Assembly: GCA_037447605.1 (NCBI GenBank)
Contig: CM074811.1
Span: 868,001 to 932,000 of the forward strand
DNA from: Zygnema circumcarinatum SAG 698-1b
Lineage: Eukaryota; Plantae; Zygnematophyceae
Direction of reading: 5' to 3'
Length of the DNA stretch: 64,000 nt
In this document: positions 46,391 through 57,900 of the stretch, in pieces
Layout of the letters: every line of letters starts with the position of its first letter
Numbering within the stretch: position 1 is the first letter of the stretch
Notes under the pieces: model-generated
What the model was told of the DNA's origin: nothing
The model's database searches: none
What the model saw: the letters and a program-made list of their open reading frames with translations, nothing else
Made by a program: the position numbers and the translations under genes

Positions 46391-47463
46391 CCAAGAGGTT
46401 TGACAGTCGCAGATTCAGACCAACATTCTGCTGTGTTACAAGCTGGCCAATCTTTTCTGATGGGTAAAGGGAGCGCTCTCCTGCAACAATGAGCGTTTCA
46501 TCGTTTCTGCTGCTCTGTCCCCGCCCCTTCCAAGAAACGTAACTTGCAAAGAGATCCAATATTCTTCAATATTCTTCTTCCCGCTCTCTCCCCCTCCTCC
46601 CTGCCTCCCTCCCTCCACGAACTCTCTGTACTCCCGCCCCTTTCTCAAACTCTCTCCTTGCCTGCCTCTCCCACTCTTTCCCCCTTCTCCCTCCCCCGAG
46701 AGACGTACAGGCTCTCCCTCCCTCCCTTCGGGCCCTCTCTCTACTCCCCTGTCCTTACCACCCTCTCCCTCCCCCACTAGTAGTGACCCCTCGGGCTCTC
46801 CCTTCCTCCCCTCCCTCTCCCTCTCCCTCTCCCGCAGCGCTGACGTGTCCCTGATAACTTCCCCTGCCTCCTCCAGCGCGCTCATTGGCCGCAGCCTTCC
46901 GGAAGCGTTCCACGGCCGCCACGTGGCGCTTCACCGCTGCTGCTGACGCGGACTGCCGCTACCTGCCAAGCGGCTCTGCAAACCCTAACGCGTCTCCATG
47001 CAGTTGAAGTTCCAGTTCTGCATTTCAAACTCAGACGCCACATGGAAACACATTGGCGCAACCGGCTGGCTGTACGGCCAACCCCGATCGGCCGTACGGT
47101 CCGGCTCTGTCTTAAGTCCGTCCGTACGGTCCCAGGTGCGGTCCATCCGAGCGGTCACCTTTAGGAGGGTGGCCGTACAGAGTCGTAGTCCGCTACAGTA
47201 CTGTACTGTACAGTCTGATCTTCATAGGGCCGTACGACAGACAGTACGAGGGCCCGTCAGCGCGTGGAGGACTGACGACTCAAAGTGTACGGCAGGCCGC
47301 AACGAGTCGACGACAGTCGTCCGGTGAACGGTTTCGGGCGTACGGCACAATTGCTATGAAGTGTGATCGTCGATTTCGGTATACACGTGGCGGCAAGCGG
47401 TCGGAACCCTGCCACGTGGGAGGCCGTGGGCACGAGGGAACGCATTTGGGCCGACATTGGTCG

Positions 47464-47597
47464 TCTGGTTTGGTCAAAACCCCCCTGATTTGGTCATCAT
47501 GGTCTGGTTAGATCAATACGGCCTGGTTTGGTTGAGACTGTCTGGTTTGGTCAATGCGGTCTGGTTTGGTCAATGCGGTCTGGTTTGGTCAATACGG
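47464..47597 (+). repeat. 19-bp tandem repeat TCTGGTTTGGTCAATGCGG (three good copies at 47541-47597 plus degenerate upstream copies)
   Basis: Read directly from the sequence. Confidence 0.8.
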
Positions 47598-48000
47598 GAG
47601 AGAGGGAGGGAGGGAGAGGGGAGAGAGGGAGGGAGAGGGGAGAGAGGGAAAAAGAGGAGAGAGGGAGGGAGGGAAATGGGGAGAGGAGAGNNNNNNNNNN
47701 AGGGAGGGAAATGGGGAGAGGAGAGAGGGAGGGAGGGAAAGGGGGAGAGGGGAGAGAGGGAGGGAGAGGGGAGAGAGGGAGGGAGGGAGGGGAAGGGGGA
47801 GAGAGGAGAGGGGAGAGAGGGAGGGAGAGGGGAGAGAGGGAGGGAGAGGGGAGAGAGGGAGGGAGAGGGAGAGGGAGGGAGGGAAAGGGGGAGAGGGCAG
47901 AGAGGGAGGGAGGGAGGGAGAGGGGGAGAGGGGAGAGAGGGAGAGAGGGAGGGAGATGGGAGAGCGGGAGGGAGGAGGAAAGGCGGGCAGGGCAGGGAGG
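47598..48000 (+). repeat. Intergenic G/A polypurine tract containing an assembly gap at 47691-47700
   Basis: gggagagagg-type repeats over about 400 bp. Confidence 0.9.
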
Positions 48001-48748
48001 GTAAATGAGGTTCGCGGTGGTTTCGTATACCTGCACTGTTCATTTCTGGTCTTTAGAAAACGCATGTGTTCCCTTTTGTTGAGCCATGCAGCGCGGCCCC
48101 ATGCAGCATGCGCAGACACCGCAAAAGGAAGCTGCGATGTGCCAATTCAGAAAAAAATTGAGTCGCATTCGGAACCTTCCGGGCGAGTATGTGCAGGGAG
48201 TGAAGAGTCTGTTGCTCAGATGCGAAGGCTGATGTGTGGAGGAAGCTTGTCATTGGTCCGAGAGGAGGAGACAAAAGGAACAACAAAAGAGATTACTTGA
48301 TTCTTGCAACAGATAAGCTCTATACATCGTGGAAACCTTTTCAAATAAATACCTATCTCCTTTTTGGAGTTGCTAAAAACCCTAAAGGCCGTAAACCCTA
48401 AATGGAAAACTCAGTCATGGTGCCCAAGGCCATGCATGGCTTGAGCTGCCTTCATACATGGCGGCTGCCATCTCTCACATTCAACTTTTATAAGTGAAAA
48501 TTGATCAGCAATCTTCTATTTACAGAGAAAGCCGCCATCGGAGGAATATCAAAGAGAGGGGAGGGGGGTAGTAACTGAGCTCAATTTTTAAATTATGAGA
48601 ACAGTGTTGAGTTCCATGGAACGGTGAAGCCTATGGGGTATGAGGTTTGGCCGAAAGGGATGGGGGGGTACGTGAGGTATACATAAGGGCCGTAGTACTC
48701 TTCAGGTAACACTGCGAATGAGTCAAAAGAAACCAACAAGAGCACAAA

Positions 48749-49450
48749 GGTTTACAATTCTTCTTCGCTCTCGTTTGTCTCTTTCACTAGTTGATTTAAT
48801 CTTTTCTTTGATTCTTGAAATTCTTCGCTCTCAGAAACAAACCTATGAGAGGCAGCTGCAGCAAACTCAACACGCAAGGGCCAAACAAATGAGGCAAAGG
48901 AAGGGCAGGGAAAGAGAGAGAAAAAGTGATACCTCGGAAATGGAGGTTCCGTATGGCCTCTGCTATTTCTATGCAGCCCCAGAAGATGCCTGCAAAGAAA
49001 GTGTACATAACTAGGAGAGCCACAGTGATCGATGCTGCATCGCAGAACAATATATCGGAACCCTGAATTAGATAAAGACAGCCTTCTTTCAGGGTTGACA
49101 GGACCCCTAAACCAACCCCCAGCCCCTAAATCATAACTATAGCCGCACACAGTATAGAACATTCAAAAGTAGAAGAGCTCCGAATGTGGAGCTGTTGTAC
49201 TGAACCGTTAAGGATATCACGCACAAGAGGTGAGAGGAGATATGAGGAACAAAAGCGATAAGGACATGACGTTATGCAAAATGTTAAGAAGTTGCAGGGT
49301 CTCATTTAAGAGTGAAAAAAAGAAAATTAAGGGTAGAGCATGTACCCCAATCGAGCCAGCTGATACATTTCACCCACGAAAAGAAGGACTCTTTCTTTGG
49401 CGTGTTGCTTACGAGTGGTGACGGCTCCTGATACGCCTGCTGCAATGTGA
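48749..49450 (-). CDS. Possible spliced gene of unknown function with a hydrophobic exon; 5' exons unresolved
   Basis: Exon cag|GSDILFCDAASITVALLVMYTFFAGIFWGCIEIAEAIRNLHFR|gt joins in phase to (A)ASHRFVSESEEFQESKKRLNQLVKETNESEEEL*. No recognisable homology, and the upstream exons could not be phased. Confidence 0.3.
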
Positions 49451-50771
49451 ACACGGAGCAGAAATGTTTTGAGCAGGATGGAAAAGGAAGAGCCTCCTCT
49501 CCCACATTTGCTAATCAAAAGAAATGCTCACAGAATGAATACATTCTCTTCCCTACTCCACCCGAGCAGAGATTCTCCTCTTCTTTTGACTCAAGGAACT
49601 ATTGCAACCGTACGCTTTAGGACTTCCACAGAAGAAAAATCAGCTTTCAAAGAGCTGGTATTGATAGGATGGCATAGGTGATCCGAAGGCTCGGATTGGA
49701 CGACAATGATGATGCTTTTGATGATAGACGGACCTGAAGACATGAAGCTATAATATGTACTGTACAAAAGTTTGAGGTACATATTTCTCCTGCAAAGTTT
49801 CCTTTTTCAACATTTCCTTCTTGACACAGGTTGACCTTCAATAATCCATTCTCCAAAATATAAAATTCCCAGTCCAGAATACTATACTTGTTTTGTACAA
49901 TGAACGCGCTTTTTTTCCACTCACGTTCTCCTCGGACTCATGGTCTCCCTCCACTACTCTACACTTTCTTCACTCTCTCTCTCGCTCTCTCTTCCCCCCA
50001 CATTCTCTCCCTCTCATTCTTCCCCCCGCCCTGCCTCTTTCCCCCTCTCCCCCTCCCCTCCATCTCTCTCTCTCTCCCTTTCTCCCCCTCCCTCCCTCTC
50101 CTTTCTTTCTCCCTCTCGTTCTCTCCGTAGGTTCGTTTAGTTCTTCAGCCCGATTCCGACTTCCCTTACCCTATCCCTCTATCTTCCTCACCAATCCAAT
50201 CTTCTAAGTTCCAGAAATCCGTGCATTTCCCCCACATACACAAGCTCCCTCCCTTCCAGAACTTCTCTCACGTTTTATCCCTACACCCCCCCCCCCCTTC
50301 AGATAAAAGAAGGCCACTCACCATCTCTACCTCTGTGTACCGCCCGTACTCCATTCCTGCAGCCTCTCAACCTTCAAGGGAGACAGCGCCCGAGCTAAGA
50401 GGGAGGGAGGGATGGAGGGGATGGGAGGAGGGAGCGGGAGTGGCGAGGGAGAGGTGGAGGGAGAGCGAGATGGTGAGAGGGAGGGCGAGGGGACGGATAC
50501 CGCAACTCGACGTCAGCAGGCCACTTTGCGGTGGCGAAGAGCCAATTACCAGACGACACGTATTGCACTGCTTGAATATGACGTCACTATAAAAACTGAT
50601 TTCGATCTCGTGAATCTCGCATGGAGCTGCTGTTATCGTAGCTGCCGACCCTCTCCACAGTTACGTGCTCCCAGTTCTGTTCACCTAAGATTACATAGAA
50701 CGACGTGGACTGAGAGATAATCTCCATCGCGAAATTCCCGTTAAGACAGAAAGAGTTAATTTGCGACGCCC

Positions 50772-51172
50772 CTTGTAAGTTACAAGGGATGGGTTACGAT
50801 TATATATTATATATTATATTATACAACTGTGACGAATAGATAACGGCTGATATATATTAATTTACAACGCCTTTACAACATGTACGGTAGTACGGTCGTA
50901 CAACTGTACGGTAGTATGCGGCCCGAGCACGAGCAGACAGAAAAAACCAGACGAACGCATTTCGCAACGCCAACGCCAAAACGACCTAATTTTGGTATAG
51001 TACGACCGTACGACCGACCGAGTACGGTCGTACGGTCGTTAATTGTTCAAAACGAGTGGGTATAATATATGTAATAAACTGTTTTACTTTGTAATATATT
51101 ACTAATTTTAAACCCGTTGTAAATTATATAATATATTCGGAATTTATAACGCGGGCCATCCCTACTTGTAAC
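50772..51172. mobile_element. hAT-like MITE with imperfect long inverted repeats
   Basis: The right end ccatcccta is the reverse complement of TAGGGATGG (Ac/Ds-like); the left end reads agggatgg. Nested inverted pairs taatttacaacg/cgttgtaaatta and gtacggtcgtac/gtacgaccgtac are present. The flanks cttgtaag and cttgtaac resemble an 8-bp TSD. Confidence 0.55.
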
Positions 51173-51922
51173 TAACTGGCCGTGGACCCTGCGCACTGCC
51201 ATGGGCGAATTGATGAACCAATAGGTAGGCGCCACGTGTCGTGAACTGGTTTGACCGTTTGACCTGCCTTACACGTGCGATTCCCATTGCCCACTGCTCC
51301 ATTGCCGCCGCCGAGACTTAGACTCTAGAGGCGACCATTGTTCCCTGGCAATGATGTGTTGTTGTTGTTCGATCTGGAGAACCATGCACGAGAATTACCT
51401 ACCTTATAATACTATAACGCTGGTTCTAGGGCCGCATTCTTGAGCCTAGGATTTTCAGCCGTGGCTTTTTTCATTCGTCTTTGGGTCCTACGTGAGCGCC
51501 CTATTCACAGCACTGCCACTGTGCCAATGCAAAGCAAACCGACTGTACGTGAAGAGTCGGCAAAACAAGGACATTGGGCATAAAGATGGTGCATCTTTTC
51601 ATGCCTGCAAAGGCTAACGATAAAAGCCTCTGAACCCTAAAACGCTGTGCTCAAGTTCAACCTACTTGCCTCCGTTCATTTCACTCCGGTGCCCACACTG
51701 AGGGAAAGGCAAGCTTTTTCCTTCTCACTAAAAAATAAAACTAAGTTTCCCGAGTACTTGAATTCTGCTTCTAATGTAAAACTTGCTCTGTTCCCAAAAA
51801 GAGTGAACTGATTTGAACAAGGCCCACTGCACGCTGTCACTCGAATGCCTAAAGCAAGTGGGTTCGATGGACGAGTGAGCTTCACGACCCCTTCAGTTGA
51901 CTTCCGTTGAAAAACGAGGATG

Positions 51923-54900
51923 TCATGCCTGCCACGGAGAAAGCTCCGATCGGCGAGCCATGAGGCGGTCGTCGTCATCATCATCAATATTCACCACTCC
52001 TCGGCATACCGCGGAGCCGCAATGACAGGGGAGGAGCTCGTCTTTGGAGTTGAACCTGTTCAATGTTTGCACAAGGGAGAGGGAATTGGAGGGGGGGAAG
52101 CGGGAGGGGGAGGGTGAGGGCGAGGGAGAGAGGGAGTGGAGATAAGTGGGAAGGAGGAACTCGTGACCATTGCATTCAGAGCATGAGTAGATCCCAAGGA
52201 TACAAGAGAAGGGGTTCTCACATCAGTACACATGGCCCCCACCTCCGGGCCCTCTCACCCCTCCCTTACCTTTCCGTACTCTCAGCCCCCCCTTCTCCCT
52301 CTCTCTACCCTGCTGTCTTCCTCTCTCATCCCCGTCCGCCAGACTGCTACTTCCAACCTCGTCCGCCCCTTTTTCTCTGCCTCTTCTGTTTCTTTCCCTT
52401 AGTCGCCATGCTTATGACTGAGATTATAACTGCAGATTCAGGTGTCTGTGGTATGTGAATTCCTATCCACAAAGGCCACGGCCATAGGTTATGTTCTCAG
52501 CCACGCACCTGTAGTCATATGTAAGCTCCTCTCCTTGAATGATATCTCGTTTAGCGAATATAACAATATGGTCCTCTTTGCCAGCCGTCACCACTCGTGA
52601 ATAGCAATTGGGCTGTTCCAGAAACTCCTAAAAGACACTGCTTCAGTAATGGTTTTTGGTTTTTGACCTTATTTGTCCAACTAGGGAAGAGAACAAAAAC
52701 AACCAAAATCATGCACCCAAATGCGGAAAACGTTTTACACACTGCAATATTCAGCTTTTCCCAACCCTCCAGTTTGACGTTAAGCAGAAATGGCTCGCTA
52801 GAACATGTGTGTGCCTTCTTATCAAGGGACGATCACTTCCGGTGAGATAATACCCCAAAAGCCGGAAAATAGAACAATGCCACTCAGGATTGAATCCCTG
52901 ACCTCAGCCCTTAGATAACTTCAGATAAATTATTTGCTGCTTCCATTGAAAACATGAGTAGGAGACCCGACTTAAACTGACTTCCAAGCAGATGCCGTTT
53001 TACAAGGTTATGCAGTTTTAGCTTTAAAAAATTCACAGATTTCTCACGTGACATGAATGGTTGATCAGATGTGCCATGCTGCCGCTTCTGGTCGCATCCA
53101 CCACGCGCTCTGCATCAATTCTAAACATGTACGTTCCTGCACCCTGTAGAGTTTGCGCCCCTTCTTCCCGCTTACGAATCTGGTCTTCTTCTAATAGTTC
53201 AAATTGACAGTAGCACAATCGTATGAGGTACTCTCGTTACCATTAGCATACTGAACAGATTATTCTTATTTTCTCGCACCAACAACCTCCCAAGCAGCCA
53301 AAAACTGTTGGTAAGCTGCCCAATGCACCCAATTCACTCTCGTCCTACCCTCCCTTTCGCCGATTATGAGAGAGTGCACCAGCCTATCTAATTCGAAAAT
53401 CTCTTCATTTGACTTTACTACATCATTCGTTTCCATCAGGAAGGCACATTCACATCAGAAGTAAATGCGATAGCAGCCACATTGGCTCCAAAGGGGCCAA
53501 GCCACTCCATAGAACCTTGCCACTTTCCCCTTTATCCTAAGGTAACTGCAGCGGAAACAAGTTTTCCCTCTGCACACCTTCAAATTCCACATTTGTTCGC
53601 TATAGTTACCATCACTCACCACAAGCGAGTCGTAGCAACGGCGCTCTCTGATATCTGCGATGATTGGTCTGACAACCTCCCCTGCATACTCGATCATCTG
53701 CAAAGATGCAGTCATTTACGAGTCCCTTCAATTCACCGAAATACCCTTTTTAGCAACTACAAAGTGGAGACTCGGACTTTGGAAATTCTTTTGTCCACCG
53801 CTGATGCAAAGGTCATTCATAGCAGGATGCACTCTGAAATGGACCTTAGTAAGCTCAAAATAATGTGCGCATGATTACTGCTTTCATGCTACGAAGGCCA
53901 ATCACTCAATACTGCACTCTATGAACATGCTAATGTACAGAAAACAACAACAGAGAGTGGCGGCACGCACTTGCCATTCCATACTACAGCTTTTCCAATC
54001 ACGAACAACTCTAGTGGTTGTTGGGACATGTCAAGCTTTCTAAGCCAGCCATATTCAGGGGTCATATGATCTTGATACTCAGTTATCCATGGTTACTAAC
54101 TGGAATGGTTCGTACAACGCACCATATCACCAGCTTTATGCTTTGCTTTTGCAAAGAGGCCCCAACCATGGATCGCAGATTTCCCTGCAACACCCATGTT
54201 CCCAATGAATGAATGTCATGCCCGCATTGAGGTTCGTCACACGCTCGACCTTTATGAAGAGCCTGACACAAAAACTCGACTGCTTGCACTCTACATAACC
54301 TGAAAGAACAAGACTAACGCTGCCCATGATAAGTGGCATTACTGCCTTGCCAGTCTACCCAATCACTAGGCCGCTAATTATCGCTTTCGCTTCACAAAGT
54401 CGTCTGGTAACCCAGAGCGACACTGACAAACCTACAAGTACAGAAATTTCTCAAAGTGAGTGAGAAAAAATACAAACTCTAAAATCTGCAAAAAAACGGT
54501 GGCCACAGGAACGGTCATTACTCACCAAAGACCAAGCGCGCGTGCAATGAACCCTGCATCTTTCGGAACCGATCGGACATGGAAAACAAGGATTTCTCCT
54601 CTTTCAACACTTCATCCTTTGCTGTCGTCCCCTCTTCATTGCTTTTATGAACTTGAACAGGGTTGCTTGGTAGTCCTGACGTGCCACTTTCCTCAGCTTT
54701 CCACCTCCCAGCACTTCCCTTTATCCAGTGCCAATTCCAAAGGGCTTCTGCCACCCTGACAGGTGGCATTTTTCCACGATTCGCCAGGCTCGCAACTCGA
54801 GCACTTGAAAGAATGTAAGGCAAGTTTTCGACAAAGTTTCGTTTAGTCATGGCGGCTGCAAGGGCATCCGGTTCTCTCCTTCCCCGTCTGACTGCAGCAT

Positions 54901-57900
54901 TGAAAGGTTCTGCACGTGACGTGACGGCACACAAGGAAAAGTGTAAGACCAAAATGTACCGGGGGCCACGTGTCGGGGAGAGATCAGCAGATACGAGAGG
55001 AGAGCAGAGAGAAGGTGAGGTTCAAGAGGAGGAGGGAGAGGCAAACAAAGCAGAGGAAACGGACATGGGGAGTGAAATGAAAATCAAGAGACTAAAGGCA
55101 ATACTGGGCAATGAAGGCAATACTGGAGGAGGTTCAGAGCTTCATGTTGAATGAAAATGAAAAACTATTTAGCAGCTAGTCCTATGACTCTCCGACAAAA
55201 AGCAGTGTCACAGCGAACAAGCACTGAAGTTATGCCACCAGTCTTACAAGCCAAGGTGAGCATTCATGATTGCAGACCCTGCAGATGCTAAACTGAACAA
55301 TCTAGTACAAATATGTGTATGCTTTGGTTGTCTCCAAACTAAGTGAAAAGTTCTAGACTAAGGTTTGGCCTCCATGTGCAAATCTGTTTAGCCAATAGTG
55401 TACATCCTATTATGCATTGTCCCATCATTCCACCTCCCGCGAATCTTGAATCTTGACTTTACCTGATCTTGCGCAACCTGAAGGATTGGCAGGTGGCTGC
55501 CATGCACAAGCTTCCTGCACTGACGGTTTGGCAATTGTTGCAGATACTGTTGAAGGAGATTTTAGGACGAGATCAAGGGAACAAGAAATTGCAGATTTAT
55601 TGTGGCGTCGGCAACACGATATGAATTCCAAATTTCCATAAACAGACCCTCGGAATCCTTGACGACTTCGTTGATTCGCTTCATCATTAACTTCCTTCAA
55701 CTGCATGTAGTCCAGTTTCGTGAATACAATTGGTTAGCCCATTTAAATAAAAAATTGCTTAATGGCATATATCCTGGCTTATCTCAGCAATTGACGGCAC
55801 TCAAATGATTCATGAAAACCTAGCCATCGATGAGTGAAAAACAAGGTATAATGCTGTTCGCCTACCCCTCCACTTCGCTATACTGTCATCAGATACCCCA
55901 AGATTTACGGAACAGAAGGTATTCATGCAGATGCACACTCGTACAGAGCGCACACACAAAAGGGTGTGCCCTTCACATCTTCAATAAACTGAATAACTGA
56001 AGCATCGAGCTCTTAACTCCAAAGCTCTTACCTCACCTAGTTATTTAGAGCCGATATGCCAATGAGAACCCCCATGTCTACCAACACATGCAAGCCCCGT
56101 TCAGCAGCATAGAATAAGCGAACATTGACATCATACCTCCATGGTGAGTCCTTCCTTCCGAGCACAAAGTGGATGATAGGCCACGCAGCAGTTTTTGACT
56201 GTGCATTGGATGCATGCTCCATATGGCACGTGGCAAATAGAGCATAGAAGCTTCCACCGGGCCTGAAGACAACAACCAATTGTCCCACTCGTCCCTCTTA
56301 ATTGTCTACTTCTCGACTCTATCTTGAAATAGGAATGAATAGCATTCGGAGAACCGACCACTCAAACCTTACGAGCGAAATTCTGTTACAAGCATACGTG
56401 ATACACCGGAGCTTAAGGAGAACAGCTTCAGCAATGTACCTTATTAATTCCCGCAACCCCTCGGATGACTTTCAGGCCTTCAAACATCGTTTCTGATAAG
56501 ACAAAGAAACAGCCCATTTGTCAGCTGCTTGTTCAGAAAACGAACATCGAAAGATATAAGGACACCTCCCAAAAAAAAATAATAATAATTCCAGTGCAGT
56601 ACTGTAATACAAGCACTGGCCTAGGAGAACCAAACAGTCTAGCTTCAGCGATTTAGATTCAGGACAAGGCAAGATAAGAGTCATGAGGTCTACCCGGTAT
56701 CCAGATTGCACATGCGACGTGGGCCCAATTCCCATCCGAAGTCTTTTTCATTGCGCCACCTGCAAAGATCCCCTTCAAAGGATTGAATTCCTCTGATGGA
56801 TGGCTATAAGCTAAATTTTTTTTACCATTTTTCACAATGCAACCAAAATGTAATTTGTATTGAGGCTAGAATAGAGTGTGGTTTTGCAGGCCTGAAAACG
56901 CACCTTGCACCGGACACAAGCAGCAGGGGGGAGCTGCTTCTGGAGTGTAAGCATCGCAAACATCACATAGCCAGAGATCGCCATCGGGCTGCGCATCCAC
57001 ACCGTAGCAGTCCATATGAACCTGCTTGAATAAGCGGACGAATATGGGGTAAATAGCGTCACACTGCTAAAGTCTTCCGGATATACCTTAAACGCTTGTA
57101 AATCACAAAATATACTGTCAATGCTAGTTTGTTTCACCTACCCTAACGAATCCTCGCCTTGTTCTTCTCTAGATAGTCGTGAGGGGATTACTCAAACTCA
57201 GACATCACACATTTCCAGCGCAGGCATACGCGTCTAAGGGCATTTTTTACATCTGACAAGACTCTTTGTGGTCACAATGGGAATGAGGGGAGGACCGTAG
57301 CCCACCATCATGCGACAGCTGTCGCAGTGTAGTAGCTGATTGTCTTCATATTCCTGTTTTACACATCCATCCACCAATCAAGAAGCCTTAGTGACACTGT
57401 CAAACAAAGAGTAAACAACCTGTGATTCACCAAAGTATGTGTCAAGTTATCAGCCATGCATTCACAAAAAGAATGACATGATCCATAGCAGGACAGTGTC
57501 CAGCATAATCCACCTGCAAGGTTCACCAACTACAATGAAGTGGTTGAGGCTCTCCAGTGAATTTCACAAAAGGACCCCCCATGAAGCACAAGATGACAAA
57601 CATACGGCCTTTCATGACCAATATTTCAATATGGCAAACCAATAGGTGCACAACAATCACACGGGTGAAAGCTAGCACGCTCATCCAGGATTCTCTTTCG
57701 GTCACTTTTAAAATTGAGGCCACGAAAGTGCCCTATGTCACCAATGAGGTTCATTTTTTTGACACTGACCTCGTGGATGTAACACACCGAGCACCGATCA
57801 CCATGTTGCCACGTGTACTTTTGTGGGGAATAACCAGCCGGCACCACCGCCTGCTCTGGTGGAGAAGTGAGCCAAGCCTGAAACTTTGTGCACTTCTTTG

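Noticed and set aside
46436-46885. 149-aa ORF MSALEEAGEV... upstream of the conserved gene
   Set aside because: Mostly GA-repeat-derived and not joinable in frame to the conserved start at 46390; probably 5' leader.
47457-48300. ORFs of 157-248 aa on both strands
   Set aside because: Span a polypurine repeat and an N gap, with no plausible domain.
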